NCBI GenBank assembly: GCA_964508365.1
Contig: CAZDTP010000005.1
Span: 43,084-107,083 of the forward strand
Length of the DNA stretch: 64,000 nucleotides
Reading direction: 5' to 3'
From: an uncultured archaeon
GTDB taxonomy: Archaea; Asgardarchaeota; Lokiarchaeia; Sigyniarchaeales; SOKP01
This document shows positions 10,816 to 21,081 of this stretch, piece after piece. Position 1 is the stretch's first letter. The number at the start of each line of letters is the position of its first letter. The translations under genes were made by a program, and so were the position numbers. The notes beneath the pieces are model-generated. The model saw only the letters and a program-made list of their open reading frames with translations. It did not search any database and had not been told where the DNA came from.

Positions 10816-11469
10816 TTAACTTTTTCCTACTGGACAAGATTCAATGCATTTATTACACCAAATCACAGTATTTTCTGACAAATTTTTTAAATTCTTCAGG
10901 CAATAATTAAGGCATAACTCTTTATTATACTTTCCTTCTTCTAGAGCGCCAGCAGGACAAGAATCAAGGCAAATGTCACAATTTCCACAATAAGCGCTCT
11001 CATGAATAGGTGTACCGTAGGATAATTCTGCTACAGTTACCAATGCCCTTAATCTTATTTGAGATCCAAAGGTTTTTGTAATAAGGAGATTGTTTTTTCC
11101 AATCGGACCAATTCCAGCTAGCGCAGCAGCATCTTTTAAGTATAATCCTGGTTTATAAGGAATAACTTCTGATTTGAAACCTTTTTTAGCTAAAAAACTC
11201 TTGATTTGATGGCATTGATCCAGTAAAATTGAATCAGCAAAATGATAACTTTTTCCTTTCTTTTCGTCTTTACTCCAAGCATCTAGACTAAGATCGTATA
11301 AGTGAAATCCAATTACGATTACAGTTTTAGAATTTTTCAGATATGATTCAGGAGTATGATCCTTATCAAATTTATTGAAATTAGTCGGATCACAAAATCC
11401 TACAATATCTATACCTATTTTATCACAATAAGCAATAAGTTCATCTGTGAGTTCTTTAATCATTACCAT
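10816..11469 (-). CDS. Epoxyqueuosine reductase (QueG)-like 4Fe-4S/cobalamin protein
   Basis: KDAAALAGIGPIGKNNLLIT..FGSQIRL, CGNCDICLDSCP and CNKCIESCP. Confidence 0.8.
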   Translation of the reverse strand: MVMIKELTDELIAYCDKIGIDIVGFCDPTNFNKFDKDHTPESYLKNSKTVIVIGFHLYDLSLDAWSKDEKKGKSYHFADSILLDQCHQIKSFLAKKGFKSEVIPYKPGLYLKDAAALAGIGPIGKNNLLITKTFGSQIRLRALVTVAELSYGTPIHESAYCGNCDICLDSCPAGALEEGKYNKELCLNYCLKNLKNLSENTVIWCNKCIESCPVGKS

Positions 11470-11762
11470 AATTTCGCTTTAACTATATAGTATATTATTT
11501 ATTAAGAGAAAGTAAAATTTCATTTAGAATTAAAAAATACGAGAGAACGAACTTTTTTTCGTTAAGTGCTTTTTAACCATTGTTCCTTAATATTATCTAT
11601 ATAAATTTTTAATTCAATATAAAATGAAACCAAATAATTTATACCTATTTTTAATGAGAGATTAAGCTAATGCAAACAATAATTTATCCAGTTAATAAAT
11701 AAGCTTAAAAAATGTAACTTGTTATCTATATGTTAAGAATATAAAAGAAGATAAATACATTT

Positions 11763-12902
11763 TTGTCGATGCTATACAAGAAAGAAAGACCAGCAATTTT
11801 AATGTTTAAAGATGGTCGTTATTTCGAAGGGATTGGATTTGGAGCGACTAAAAAAGTATATGGGGAAATTGTATTCACGACAATTACGGGTGCTGGATAT
11901 AATGAAACTCTAACTGATCCTTCATATAAGGGACAAATAGTAGTTATGACTCATCCCCTGGTTGGAAATTACGGCGTTCCTGCTTGGGAAAAAGATTCAC
12001 ACGGGATTCATAAATATTTTGAATCAGATTCGATAAAAGTAAGTGGATTTGTCGTTAACGAATGCTGCAAAAATCCTAGCCATTACGAAAGCGTGAAAAC
12101 CCTAAACGAATTTCTATTGGAAGAAAACATTCCTGGAATCGAATGGATAGACACCAGAGCAATTACAAAACTATTAAGGGAAGAAGGAGTGCAATTAGGA
12201 ATGCTAGCAGTTTTCAACCCAGGAGAATCTCCTAACTTAGATATTTTGAAAGAAGAAGTCAAAAAAGTGGAAGACCCAAACCTTAGACACTTAGTAAGCG
12301 AGGTATCCACTAAAGAAGTTAAAATATTTACTCCCTTAAATCCTAAAGGTAAAGTAGTGGTATTAGATTTAGGAGTAAAGAATAATATCTTAAGAAATTT
12401 CTTACAGAGAAAAATCGAAGTAATATTAGTACCGTATAATTATACATTTGAAATGATTTTGTCTTACAAACCAAATGGAGTATTTATTTCCAATGGTCCC
12501 GGAGATCCTGCAAAATATAAAAATGCTATTGAAGTCGCTCAAGAATTAATCAATAATAGCATCCCTACAATGGGTATCTGTTTAGGAAACCAAATAATTG
12601 GTCTGGGTGCGGGGGGTTCATCTTACAAATTAAAATACGGTCATAGAGGAGGGAATAAGACCGTTATAAACGGTAAAACAAACAAATGTTATATCACCTC
12701 ACAAAATCACGGTTATTGTGTAAAAGAATTCAATCAAGGAGGGTTTTCAGAATTTCTTTATAATATCGACGATAAATCTAATGAAGGAATAATTCATGAA
12801 AGTAAACCTATTTTTGCTGTTCAATTTCACCCTGAAGCCTCGCCTGGGCCTTTAGACTCGCTTTATCTTTTTGATAACTTTATTAACTTAATGGGGCTAT
12901 GA
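11763..12902 (+). CDS. carA: Carbamoyl-phosphate synthase small subunit
   Basis: LTDPSYKGQI, SNGPGDP, GICLG and QFHPEASPGP. Confidence 0.97.
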   Translation: MSMLYKKERPAILMFKDGRYFEGIGFGATKKVYGEIVFTTITGAGYNETLTDPSYKGQIVVMTHPLVGNYGVPAWEKDSHGIHKYFESDSIKVSGFVVNECCKNPSHYESVKTLNEFLLEENIPGIEWIDTRAITKLLREEGVQLGMLAVFNPGESPNLDILKEEVKKVEDPNLRHLVSEVSTKEVKIFTPLNPKGKVVVLDLGVKNNILRNFLQRKIEVILVPYNYTFEMILSYKPNGVFISNGPGDPAKYKNAIEVAQELINNSIPTMGICLGNQIIGLGAGGSSYKLKYGHRGGNKTVINGKTNKCYITSQNHGYCVKEFNQGGFSEFLYNIDDKSNEGIIHESKPIFAVQFHPEASPGPLDSLYLFDNFINLMGL

Positions 12903-12906
12903 TTTC

Positions 12907-15900
12907 ATGCCGTTAGATAAATCGATTAAAATAGCGCTAGTTCTAGGGTCTGGGGGAATTCGGATTGGACAAGCTGGAGAATTTGATTATTCTGGAAGTC
13001 AAGTTCTTAAGGCCCTGAAAGAAGAGGGTATTAAAACAATACTTATCAACCCAAATATTGCAACAATCCAAACTGACCCTGAGTTATCTGATCAAGTCTA
13101 CTTGCTCCCAATAAATGTAAAATATGTCGAAGAAGTTATAAAGAAAGAAAAACCTGATGGGATTATATTAGCGTTTGGTGGGCAAACAGCTTTGAATGTT
13201 GGAGTCGAGCTAAAAGAGCAAGGAATATTAGAAAAATATAATATACGCGTTCTTGGTACGCCGATAGAAGCGATCGAGGTTACAGAAGATCGAGATTTAT
13301 TCGTAAAAGCTATGAATAAAGCAGATGCAAAAGTGTGCCAAAGTAAAGCGGTAACATCATATAAAGAGGCGATTAAAGTAGCTCAAGAATTTGGTTTTCC
13401 TTTAATGCTCCGAGTAGCTTATACTTTAGGAGGTAGAGGTTCAGGTATCATTGATGATATGAAAGATTTCGAAAGAATGGCAAAAAAAGGGTTAGCCCAA
13501 TCAAGGATTAACCAAATCTTAATCGAGGAATCCGTTTGGGGTTGGAAAGAAGTTGAATACGAAGTGGTACGAGATTCTGCGGATAATTGCTTTATAAACT
13601 GTAACATGGAAAATTTTGATCCTGTGGGAATTCATACAGGAGAGAGTATTGTAGTTGCACCGAGTCAAACTTTAACTAATGAAGAATATCATATGTTACG
13701 CTCTGCGTCAATCCGGGTTATCAGAAGTCTTGGGATCATTGGTGAATGCAACATTCAATATGCGTTAAATCCCTTTTCAAAAGAATTTCGTGTAATTGAA
13801 GTTAATGCCCGTCTTTCAAGATCGTCCGCATTAGCTTCAAAGGCAACAGGATACCCCTTAGCATACATTGCCGCTAAACTGGCCATAGGATATAATTTAC
13901 CTGAGTTAAAAAATAAGATTACTGGTATAACTACAGCTTGTTTTGAACCAGCCTTGGACTACTTAGTTCTTAAAATTCCCCGATGGGATTTAACTAAATT
14001 TCAGAAGGTGGATCGCCGTATTGGAAGTCAGATGAAATCCGTTGGAGAAGTGATGGCCATAGGGAGAACTTTTGAAGAAGTTCTCCAAAAAGCAGTAAGA
14101 ATGTTAGATATCGGTATGAAAGGATTAGTAGCGAATGATTTAGAAGAAATTGAAGATATAAACGAATTAAAATATGCGTTAAGAAACCCCACTGACTTAA
14201 GGCTTTTTAGAATTGCTGAAGCGATCAAGAGAGGCATATCAATAGATGAGATATATCGATTATCAAGAGTAGATAAGTGGTTTTTGTATAAATTAAAAAA
14301 TATTGTAGATCTTAACCGTCAAATCCAAGACATTGAATTACTTGAATCAGATGATAATACGAAAAAATATTGGTTAGAAAGAGCTAAAAGATATGGTTTT
14401 TCAGATGGACAGATTGCTAAAATAATGGGTGTCGATTCAATTTTCATTCGACAAATGAGAAGAAGATTAAATATTCAGCCTTATGTTAAAAGAATTGACA
14501 CATTAGCAGCTGAATGGCCTGCCGTGACTAATTATCTTTACCTTACTTACAGTGCTTCTGAACACGACATTGATTTTGAAAGCGAATATAAATCTAACCT
14601 TACAAAAGTTATAGTGTTAGGTTCAGGGACTTATCGTATTGGTGCTTCTGTGGAATTTGATTGGGGGTCGGTCAATTGTTTATGGGGATTAAAAAAGCTA
14701 GGAATAGATCAGGCAATAATGATAAATTATAATCCAGAAACAGTATCGACTGATTACGATATATCCGATAAGCTTTATTTTGAAGAATTATCTGGAGAAA
14801 GAGTGCTGGACATTTGCGAGCTTGAAAAAGCTGATGGTTTAGTAGTTTCTGCAGGAGGGCAAATAGCTAATAACTTGGCCGCTAAATTTTCTAAGTATTC
14901 CGATTTTTTTAGAAAGACAAGCATAAAAATTCTCGGTACTCACGGAACGCGTATAGATATGGCGGAAGATAGGAGCAAGTTCAGCACTTTATTAGATCAA
15001 TTACATATTAAGCAACCCGAATGGAATGCTTTGACTACTAAAGAAGAAGCCATTGAATTTGCTCAGAAAGTTGGTTACCCTATACTAGTTAGGCCTTCAT
15101 ATGTATTAAGTGGCGCCGCTATGAGGGTCTCCTATGACGAAAAGACGCTTCAAGATACCTTAGACCTCGCGGCATCTATATCAAGCGAATATCCCGTTGT
15201 CATAACTAAATTTTTTATTAATGCCCGAGAAATTGAGTGTGATGGCGTATGCGATGGTGAAAATGTGCTTATCGGTGCAATTGTAGAACATATTGAGAAT
15301 GCTGGGATTCATAGTGGAGATGCAACTATGGTTATACCACCACAGACGGTATCCAAAGAAGTTATATCAAAAATTGAAGATTATACCAAAAAAATCGCCT
15401 TGGCATTAAAAATTCACGGTCCTTTTAATGTTCAATATCTTGTTAAAAATAACGAGGTTTATGTTATTGAATGTAATCTGCGCTCAAGTCGAAGTATGCC
15501 TTATGTTTCCAAATCTCGGGGAATTAATTTAATGAGACTTGCAGCTGAAGTTATTATGGGCGGTAAAATTCCAAAAAGGTTAATGAATCTTCCTTTAGGA
15601 GACTATGTTTCAATTAAAGCCCCTATGTTTTCTTTTATGAGACTTGACAAAGCTGATCCCGTTCTGGGCGTAGAAATGAGCTCTACAGGAGAAGTAGCAT
15701 GTATCGGAGAAGACTTTCCAGATGCATTGATGAAATCATTAGAAGCTGCTGATATGAATGTTCCAATAGAGGGAGGAAATATATTAATTTCGGTAGGTGG
15801 AGAAAAGTTGAAAAATGAAGTAATTCCCTTGGCGAAAGAGATTAGTAAACTAGGATTCACTATATTTGCTACAGAAGATACAAAAAATGCTTTAACAAGG

Positions 15901-16218
15901 AATAACATAAACGCTGTGAAACTTTATAAAGTTCACGAATATGGTTTGGAGCCTAATATTATGCAATGTTTGCAGGATGGGCGTATAGACATGGTAATAA
16001 ACATCCCATTGCCAACTACAGTAGAAGAGAAATTTAAAACCATAATGGAAGACGAATATCAAATTAGACGCATGGCAGTAGATTATAATATTCCTGTGAT
16101 AATTAATCTACAATTAGCAAAAGCTATTATCGACGCTATAAGAAATATGCGTGAAAAGAAAATTGAAATAAAGTCGCTTAACGAGTATCATCAAACGCTA
16201 AAAGAAGTATACTGGTGA
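12907..16218 (+). CDS. carB: Carbamoyl-phosphate synthase large subunit
   Basis: GSGGIRIGQAGEFDYSG, two ATP-grasp domains (GIHTGES, GIHSGD) and a C-terminal MGS domain. Confidence 0.97.
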   Translation: MPLDKSIKIALVLGSGGIRIGQAGEFDYSGSQVLKALKEEGIKTILINPNIATIQTDPELSDQVYLLPINVKYVEEVIKKEKPDGIILAFGGQTALNVGVELKEQGILEKYNIRVLGTPIEAIEVTEDRDLFVKAMNKADAKVCQSKAVTSYKEAIKVAQEFGFPLMLRVAYTLGGRGSGIIDDMKDFERMAKKGLAQSRINQILIEESVWGWKEVEYEVVRDSADNCFINCNMENFDPVGIHTGESIVVAPSQTLTNEEYHMLRSASIRVIRSLGIIGECNIQYALNPFSKEFRVIEVNARLSRSSALASKATGYPLAYIAAKLAIGYNLPELKNKITGITTACFEPALDYLVLKIPRWDLTKFQKVDRRIGSQMKSVGEVMAIGRTFEEVLQKAVRMLDIGMKGLVANDLEEIEDINELKYALRNPTDLRLFRIAEAIKRGISIDEIYRLSRVDKWFLYKLKNIVDLNRQIQDIELLESDDNTKKYWLERAKRYGFSDGQIAKIMGVDSIFIRQMRRRLNIQPYVKRIDTLAAEWPAVTNYLYLTYSASEHDIDFESEYKSNLTKVIVLGSGTYRIGASVEFDWGSVNCLWGLKKLGIDQAIMINYNPETVSTDYDISDKLYFEELSGERVLDICELEKADGLVVSAGGQIANNLAAKFSKYSDFFRKTSIKILGTHGTRIDMAEDRSKFSTLLDQLHIKQPEWNALTTKEEAIEFAQKVGYPILVRPSYVLSGAAMRVSYDEKTLQDTLDLAASISSEYPVVITKFFINAREIECDGVCDGENVLIGAIVEHIENAGIHSGDATMVIPPQTVSKEVISKIEDYTKKIALALKIHGPFNVQYLVKNNEVYVIECNLRSSRSMPYVSKSRGINLMRLAAEVIMGGKIPKRLMNLPLGDYVSIKAPMFSFMRLDKADPVLGVEMSSTGEVACIGEDFPDALMKSLEAADMNVPIEGGNILISVGGEKLKNEVIPLAKEISKLGFTIFATEDTKNALTRNNINAVKLYKVHEYGLEPNIMQCLQDGRIDMVINIPLPTTVEEKFKTIMEDEYQIRRMAVDYNIPVIINLQLAKAIIDAIRNMREKKIEIKSLNEYHQTLKEVYW
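16161..16218 (+). repeat. Direct repeat copy 1 (last 58 nt of carB)
   Basis: 49/58 nt identical to 16953-17010 in a gapless hand alignment. Confidence 0.9.
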
Positions 16219-16299
16219 TTTTGCATATCTTGGTTATGATCTCTTCTTTCTTTTTAAAATTACTAGTCGTTCTAAAATCTCCAATTTAATGGCAATAAT

Positions 16300-16872
16300 T
16301 TATGCATAAATTTCCTGTCTCGAAATTGAAAGATTTTTGTAGTTTAAAACGAGTTTAATGCACTCCCTATAATTAGAGACCCAGCGAGAATTTATAACGT
16401 ATGGTCTCCTATCTCCAAAATAAATCCGAAGTTGAATAGTCTTCCGCCTTCTAGGTTCTTTAGAAGAATAAAAAAGAACCCAAGATGATAGCAATCGACG
16501 GTGATCTTCTTTTATTTTTACGTAATCTATATCGGCAATATCTTCAAAAGGGATAAATCTGGTTTTTAGAGATAATAAAATCGTTGGTTTACGAAGCATT
16601 ATACCGTTCTCGTAAATTATGATGTAACTTAAAAAATATCTAACGACGGATAAGAATGTGATTATACCCATAATGCACCAACCGAGAAGCAGCACAATTG
16701 CTATGATTGGACCGCCTTCACGCATTAAAGATTCATTAAAAAAATAGAAAATAAAAAACACAATGAACATTAATGTAGAACTAAGCCCATAGCTGAGATC
16801 GCCCTTCCAACCACTTTTGTTCCATTGAGCAAGCTCGTTCCTCCATATTTCTTTTAATAGCGATTTTTCCAT
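16300..16872 (-). CDS. Two-TM membrane protein with a bacterial PH-like domain
   Basis: Two hydrophobic helices followed by IIIYENGIMLRK...FIPFEDIADI, a bPH-like pattern. ATG at 16872; the ORF track extends to 16902. Confidence 0.7.
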   Translation of the reverse strand: MEKSLLKEIWRNELAQWNKSGWKGDLSYGLSSTLMFIVFFIFYFFNESLMREGGPIIAIVLLLGWCIMGIITFLSVVRYFLSYIIIYENGIMLRKPTILLSLKTRFIPFEDIADIDYVKIKEDHRRLLSSWVLFYSSKEPRRRKTIQLRIYFGDRRPYVINSRWVSNYRECIKLVLNYKNLSISRQEIYA

Positions 16873-16952
16873 GTTGAACTGTTTATTTCCTTTTATATTC
16901 AAAATAATAGTATTATCTTTTCGTTTAAAATATTATCGGAGGCATTAAAAAA

Positions 16953-17010
16953 AAATGAAATAAAATCGCTTAACAAGTATCATCAACCGCTAAAAAAAAT
17001 GTATTGGTAA
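16953..17010 (+). repeat. Direct repeat copy 2 (degenerate carB 3' end)
   Basis: Translates NEIKSLNKYHQPLKKMYW*, versus IEIKSLNEYHQTLKEVYW* for carB. Confidence 0.9.
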
Positions 17011-17048
17011 GAGAAATAAAAAAAAGATTTTAGATTTTTAAATTTATT

Positions 17049-17999
17049 TTAATCTCGTTTAATTTTTGTGAAGATCCAAGGGACTAATGTAATAACTAAA
17101 AACGCTAATACGAAATATTTAGTAAATCTCCAAACAAAAAAATCAGAAGAATAAACGCTTAATGTAAAATAAAAAACCAGAGTTAAAACTATCCCTATTA
17201 CAAGATTAACAAGTTTCTGTTTGTTATTGAGTGCTTTTGGGTCGTAATGAATTTTTTCGTTTTCGATTAAATAACCAAGCGCTATCCCCATTAGCCCGCC
17301 ACAACACAAACCGTAGTCAAGCGTAGTAGCAGGAAATATAATAAGAGCTATAGTTAACATGACAATAGGAATTATTATTGCTAGAATTATCTTGGTTAGA
17401 AAATTCAGAGATTTGGCTTTTTCAGAGATTAGTGGCTCAAAGTAGATGAACAAAACCAAGAAAAGAGTGCCATAAAAGAATCCCCCCCATACATCTTCTA
17501 AATCGTGTACTCCGACTACGATTCTCGATATTCCGATTAAATAGATGAATATTATAAATAACCATTGCAGAATTTTATTATCTTTTTTGTACGACTCATA
17601 AGACATTAGTCCCCAAACTGCTACGGCATTTTGTGAATGCCCAGAAGGAAAACCAAAGCCTGTTTCATATGTGTTAGTCACAGGACGGGGATCTTGAAAG
17701 ATGTCCTTTAAAATTCCGTTAATGTAATAAGAACCTAAAAGAGAGAACCCTACATTTCTTCCAAATTTTATATCGTATACGAATATTAAAGCCGCAAGTA
17801 ATAGGATCTGTACAATATCTTCTCCTATATAGGATATTGCCCGAAAAATTGTGAAAGTGACTGTATTACCATAAAATACTAGGTTGAAATATATGTTAAG
17901 TCCTAATAGTAACAAGATTCCTCCAACTACGAAATTGACCGCTGCGAGTATTACTATAATGAGTAATATTTTTTTTGATAAAGTACTAATTTCGCTCAA
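17049..17999 (-). CDS. PAP2-family membrane phosphatase
   Basis: K..FQDPRP, FPSGHSQ and SRIVVGVHDLED catalytic motifs; multiple TM helices. Confidence 0.9.
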   Translation of the reverse strand: MSEISTLSKKILLIIVILAAVNFVVGGILLLLGLNIYFNLVFYGNTVTFTIFRAISYIGEDIVQILLLAALIFVYDIKFGRNVGFSLLGSYYINGILKDIFQDPRPVTNTYETGFGFPSGHSQNAVAVWGLMSYESYKKDNKILQWLFIIFIYLIGISRIVVGVHDLEDVWGGFFYGTLFLVLFIYFEPLISEKAKSLNFLTKIILAIIIPIVMLTIALIIFPATTLDYGLCCGGLMGIALGYLIENEKIHYDPKALNNKQKLVNLVIGIVLTLVFYFTLSVYSSDFFVWRFTKYFVLAFLVITLVPWIFTKIKRD

Positions 18000-18232
18000 T
18001 ATTTTTCACTTTTTATTTTAGATTTTCAAAAAAACAATTAATATGATAATATTTTTTCAAACTATTATAAAAGGTTTTCTTCAAAAATTACAGATAAATA
18101 TATAATTTCACTATTAATAAAAATCATGAAAAACAATAAATAGTAATTAAAGTTTGCTTTAGATAACTGTTTAAATGTGATGAATAACAAATTATATCGG
18201 GTGTTAAACGCATTTACTATCGAGGATACATT

Positions 18233-18499
18233 TTGGTTCGCTTGAAGATTATCGGAACTCAGTGGAAGATCGTAGAGAAATTAAAATACTTTCAACCTAT
18301 TGAAGGTCACGATTGGAAAATTACTTACTCATCACCTACTTACGGTGGATGGGATTTAATTATAGAATGCGTATTTAATAATCTAGATGATTTGGATGAG
18401 ATCGTATCTTTTTGTCGGATGGACAACGATTTGAAAGAGTGGATCGATGCAACAACCACCCTAATTAGCACAAAAAAAAACTTTGATATCAAATCATGA
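18233..18499 (+). CDS. Small ferredoxin-fold protein (Lrp/AsnC ligand-binding-like)
   Basis: TYGGWDLIIE...LDDLDEIV...TTTLIS pattern; TTG start. Confidence 0.6.
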   Translation: MVRLKIIGTQWKIVEKLKYFQPIEGHDWKITYSSPTYGGWDLIIECVFNNLDDLDEIVSFCRMDNDLKEWIDATTTLISTKKNFDIKS

Positions 18500-18505
18500 A
18501 CAATT

Positions 18506-19504
18506 TCAAATCAAATTATTGATAATTATTTCTGAAATATCTGACGAATATTCGCCAGTTCTCCTTATACTCTCAATAATAAAACCTATTTCTACAAGGT
18601 ATTCTGAGTTAGGGCTAATTTTAATGGCGTTACACGCTTTTATTAACTTTTTTATCGATTCAATATTTTCATTTGCTAACTTTAAATCTTTTTGGAGCCA
18701 AGCATCTAAACTCATATTAAGTAATTCAAGAGAGATTTCGCTTGCTTTCATGATGTTATTGTATAATTCCTTATCGATTTCTTGATAGTCTATTAGAATT
18801 ACATTTCTAGCGATTTTCACGGCATGATCTCCTATTCGTTCTAAAAATCTGCTAATAAATTTGTAATTACTAGCATCCTCTAAGGTGATATCTAATTTTT
18901 GACACAAAATTATATCTCGTAATACGATATGAGCCTGGCGCTCAACTAACCAATTCAATCTATCAATATCATCATCAATTTCAATTACTTTTTTTGCTAA
19001 TGTTTTATCCCCTGTTTCCAAGGCTTTAAGTGCGTCTTCGTGCATACCGTTAGCTAAAATATACATTCTTTTTATGGTTTTTTCAAAGGGCATTTCTGTA
19101 GGGTCTACTAAATCTTTCATTTTAATACTATTTTCTGATTCTTCTTCGATTTCTATACCTATAGTAATTTTACTAAACTCTCTTACTGTGTGTTTAATAT
19201 CGGAGTTAAACTTTCTACTAGATATCACTTTTATAACATTGTAACCCATGATATAAGCACCTATTAAGAGTCTGAATAAAAAATCTGGATCCTTAATTTC
19301 CTCAACATCAAAGATTTTTTCTTTAATATTTTTCTCTGAACTCATGTATGGAATAATTAACAAATTCCCATCGGGTTGTGAAATAATACCAATTGTATCT
19401 TTAGCTTTAATTTCGTGCCTATTAATCCATTCCTTTGGTAAGCTAATAATAAAAGAAGAACCACCCGTTTTTTGTACTTTTCTTGCCTCAATGTTGAAAG
19501 ACAT
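18506..19504 (-). CDS. phoU: Archaeal phosphate uptake regulator (AbrB/SpoVT N-domain plus PhoU domains)
   Basis: RKVQKTGGSSFIISLPKEW, DDDIDRL, and two LERIGDHA-type repeats. Confidence 0.9.
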   Translation of the reverse strand: MSFNIEARKVQKTGGSSFIISLPKEWINRHEIKAKDTIGIISQPDGNLLIIPYMSSEKNIKEKIFDVEEIKDPDFLFRLLIGAYIMGYNVIKVISSRKFNSDIKHTVREFSKITIGIEIEEESENSIKMKDLVDPTEMPFEKTIKRMYILANGMHEDALKALETGDKTLAKKVIEIDDDIDRLNWLVERQAHIVLRDIILCQKLDITLEDASNYKFISRFLERIGDHAVKIARNVILIDYQEIDKELYNNIMKASEISLELLNMSLDAWLQKDLKLANENIESIKKLIKACNAIKISPNSEYLVEIGFIIESIRRTGEYSSDISEIIINNLI

Positions 19505-19719
19505 AACTTTTTCACCTTATTTAATATTTTATATATATATAATATAATTTTTATGATACTAAATATATACTATCTCTATATTCTATATATATTGATCTTA
19601 AAATGCATTAATCCCCGATTGGAGAGTTTATAGTTTAAAATTTAAAGTTTAAGATACCTTTATATAACTGAAATGCATCTCTTTTTTTATATAAGAAGAC
19701 ATCAAAAAATCCTTTCAAA

Positions 19720-19917
19720 ATGGAAAGTAAGTTTAACCTCTGCCCTCGATGCAAAGGTACTAGAATAATTGATATAGGCGATACCATTGAATGCCCAGAT
19801 TGCAGATTAGAATTTGAAAAAGCTGATATTGAAGCCCTTGAGTCTGACCAAATTTTCGCAATATCTGAAAAACTAGAGTTTATTAGGGGCATTAAGAACA
19901 ATAATAATAATATTTGA
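19720..19917 (+). CDS. Small Zn-ribbon protein
   Basis: CPRC-x14-CPDC in a 65-aa ORF. Confidence 0.75.
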   Translation: MESKFNLCPRCKGTRIIDIGDTIECPDCRLEFEKADIEALESDQIFAISEKLEFIRGIKNNNNNI

Positions 19918-20058
19918 TCTTTTTTTTAAGTAAATACCTTTTCTGTTAGTTTTTACTTATAGGTTATTATAAAAATTCTATTAACGAATCGTTATTTTTC
20001 TAATTTATAGTTGAGAATTACAAAATAACTTTTTATTAATTATAATCATCGAAATGGA

Positions 20059-20190
20059 ATGACGCTGAATAAGAAAAAATTAGTTTCTGAACCGTTAGTG
20101 GAATTTTCTCCGGGTAAAGATCCTTATATTAAAGCGCGGAAAAAAGGGCCTAGCTGGTTTAATAATATTAAAATCTTTTTCTACCAATAA
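20059..20190 (+). CDS. Possible 43-aa small protein (not in ORF track)
   Basis: ATG...TAA ORF MTLNKKKLVSEPLVEFSPGKDPYIKARKKGPSWFNNIKIFFYQ, with higher GC than its flanks, just upstream of 20221. Confidence 0.35.
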   Translation: MTLNKKKLVSEPLVEFSPGKDPYIKARKKGPSWFNNIKIFFYQ

Positions 20191-20220
20191 AAAGGATATT
20201 CTAATTAAAAACAAATAATT

Positions 20221-20901
20221 ATGTCTATTATGAACATTAAAAATTGGAAAAATCGCGCAGTTTTTTCATTATTTCTGAGTTCTGTGATATTTCTAGTATT
20301 AGTTTTTCTTGCGATGGCGTTCTATGCAGGTGGAACACGCGATAATCCCGCTTTTCCAGGATATTCTTTTTGGGGGAATACGATAAGCGACTCTGGGCGT
20401 TCTATTGCATGGTCTGGGATAATCAACACCACATCGATGGTATTTTTATCTTTGTCCTTGATAATTTATGGGGTATTTTACATACCGTTTTATCTTTTGG
20501 TTTCGGATTCACTTACCGAAGGAAAGTTAGAAAAGATTTCAAGTAAAATTGGTGCAATTTTTGGCATTCTGTCCTCAATTTCTTTAATAGGAATTGCATT
20601 TACTCCCGCTGATATTCTCTATATCTACCACATGATTTTCGTCTTCATTGGATACATCTCCATTTTCTTAAACGGCGTATTCTTTTCAATCGCATTTTAT
20701 AAAAATAAGGAATTTTCAAATACATATGCTCTAATCTTCGGAATTTATACGATATTTTATTTCATGTCCATTCTTCTAAGCTTGATTGGGTTATTGATTG
20801 ATAGAAACCTTATGGTGCTTTTTCAAAAACTTGGAACTTTTGCCGGTCTCGTTGCTTTTCTCATTATAGGATATGGATTTTGGAAATTTAAGAAAGCATA
20901 A
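20221..20901 (+). CDS. DUF998-like multi-pass membrane protein
   Basis: YAGGT...GYSFWGNTISDSG, GIAFTP and Q-K motifs; five TM helices. Confidence 0.7.
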   Translation: MSIMNIKNWKNRAVFSLFLSSVIFLVLVFLAMAFYAGGTRDNPAFPGYSFWGNTISDSGRSIAWSGIINTTSMVFLSLSLIIYGVFYIPFYLLVSDSLTEGKLEKISSKIGAIFGILSSISLIGIAFTPADILYIYHMIFVFIGYISIFLNGVFFSIAFYKNKEFSNTYALIFGIYTIFYFMSILLSLIGLLIDRNLMVLFQKLGTFAGLVAFLIIGYGFWKFKKA

Positions 20902-21081
20902 AAAAATAAAATCCTTTTTTTTTCCCTTTAAAAATTTAAAACTGGAAATCTTCTTCAAATCCCAGAAGCGCTTTTACTTATTTAAATTATCTGCACTAAT
21001 TGTCTTCTTTTATATTTCGAGTTCTAAATCTTGTCCAAATTCCCTGAAAATTATTTTTTAAAAAAAAAATAGAGAAAAAAA

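Noticed and set aside
16300-16902. Active mobile element at carB
   Set aside because: No integrase, transposase or terminal inverted repeats, so it is reported only as a relic direct repeat.
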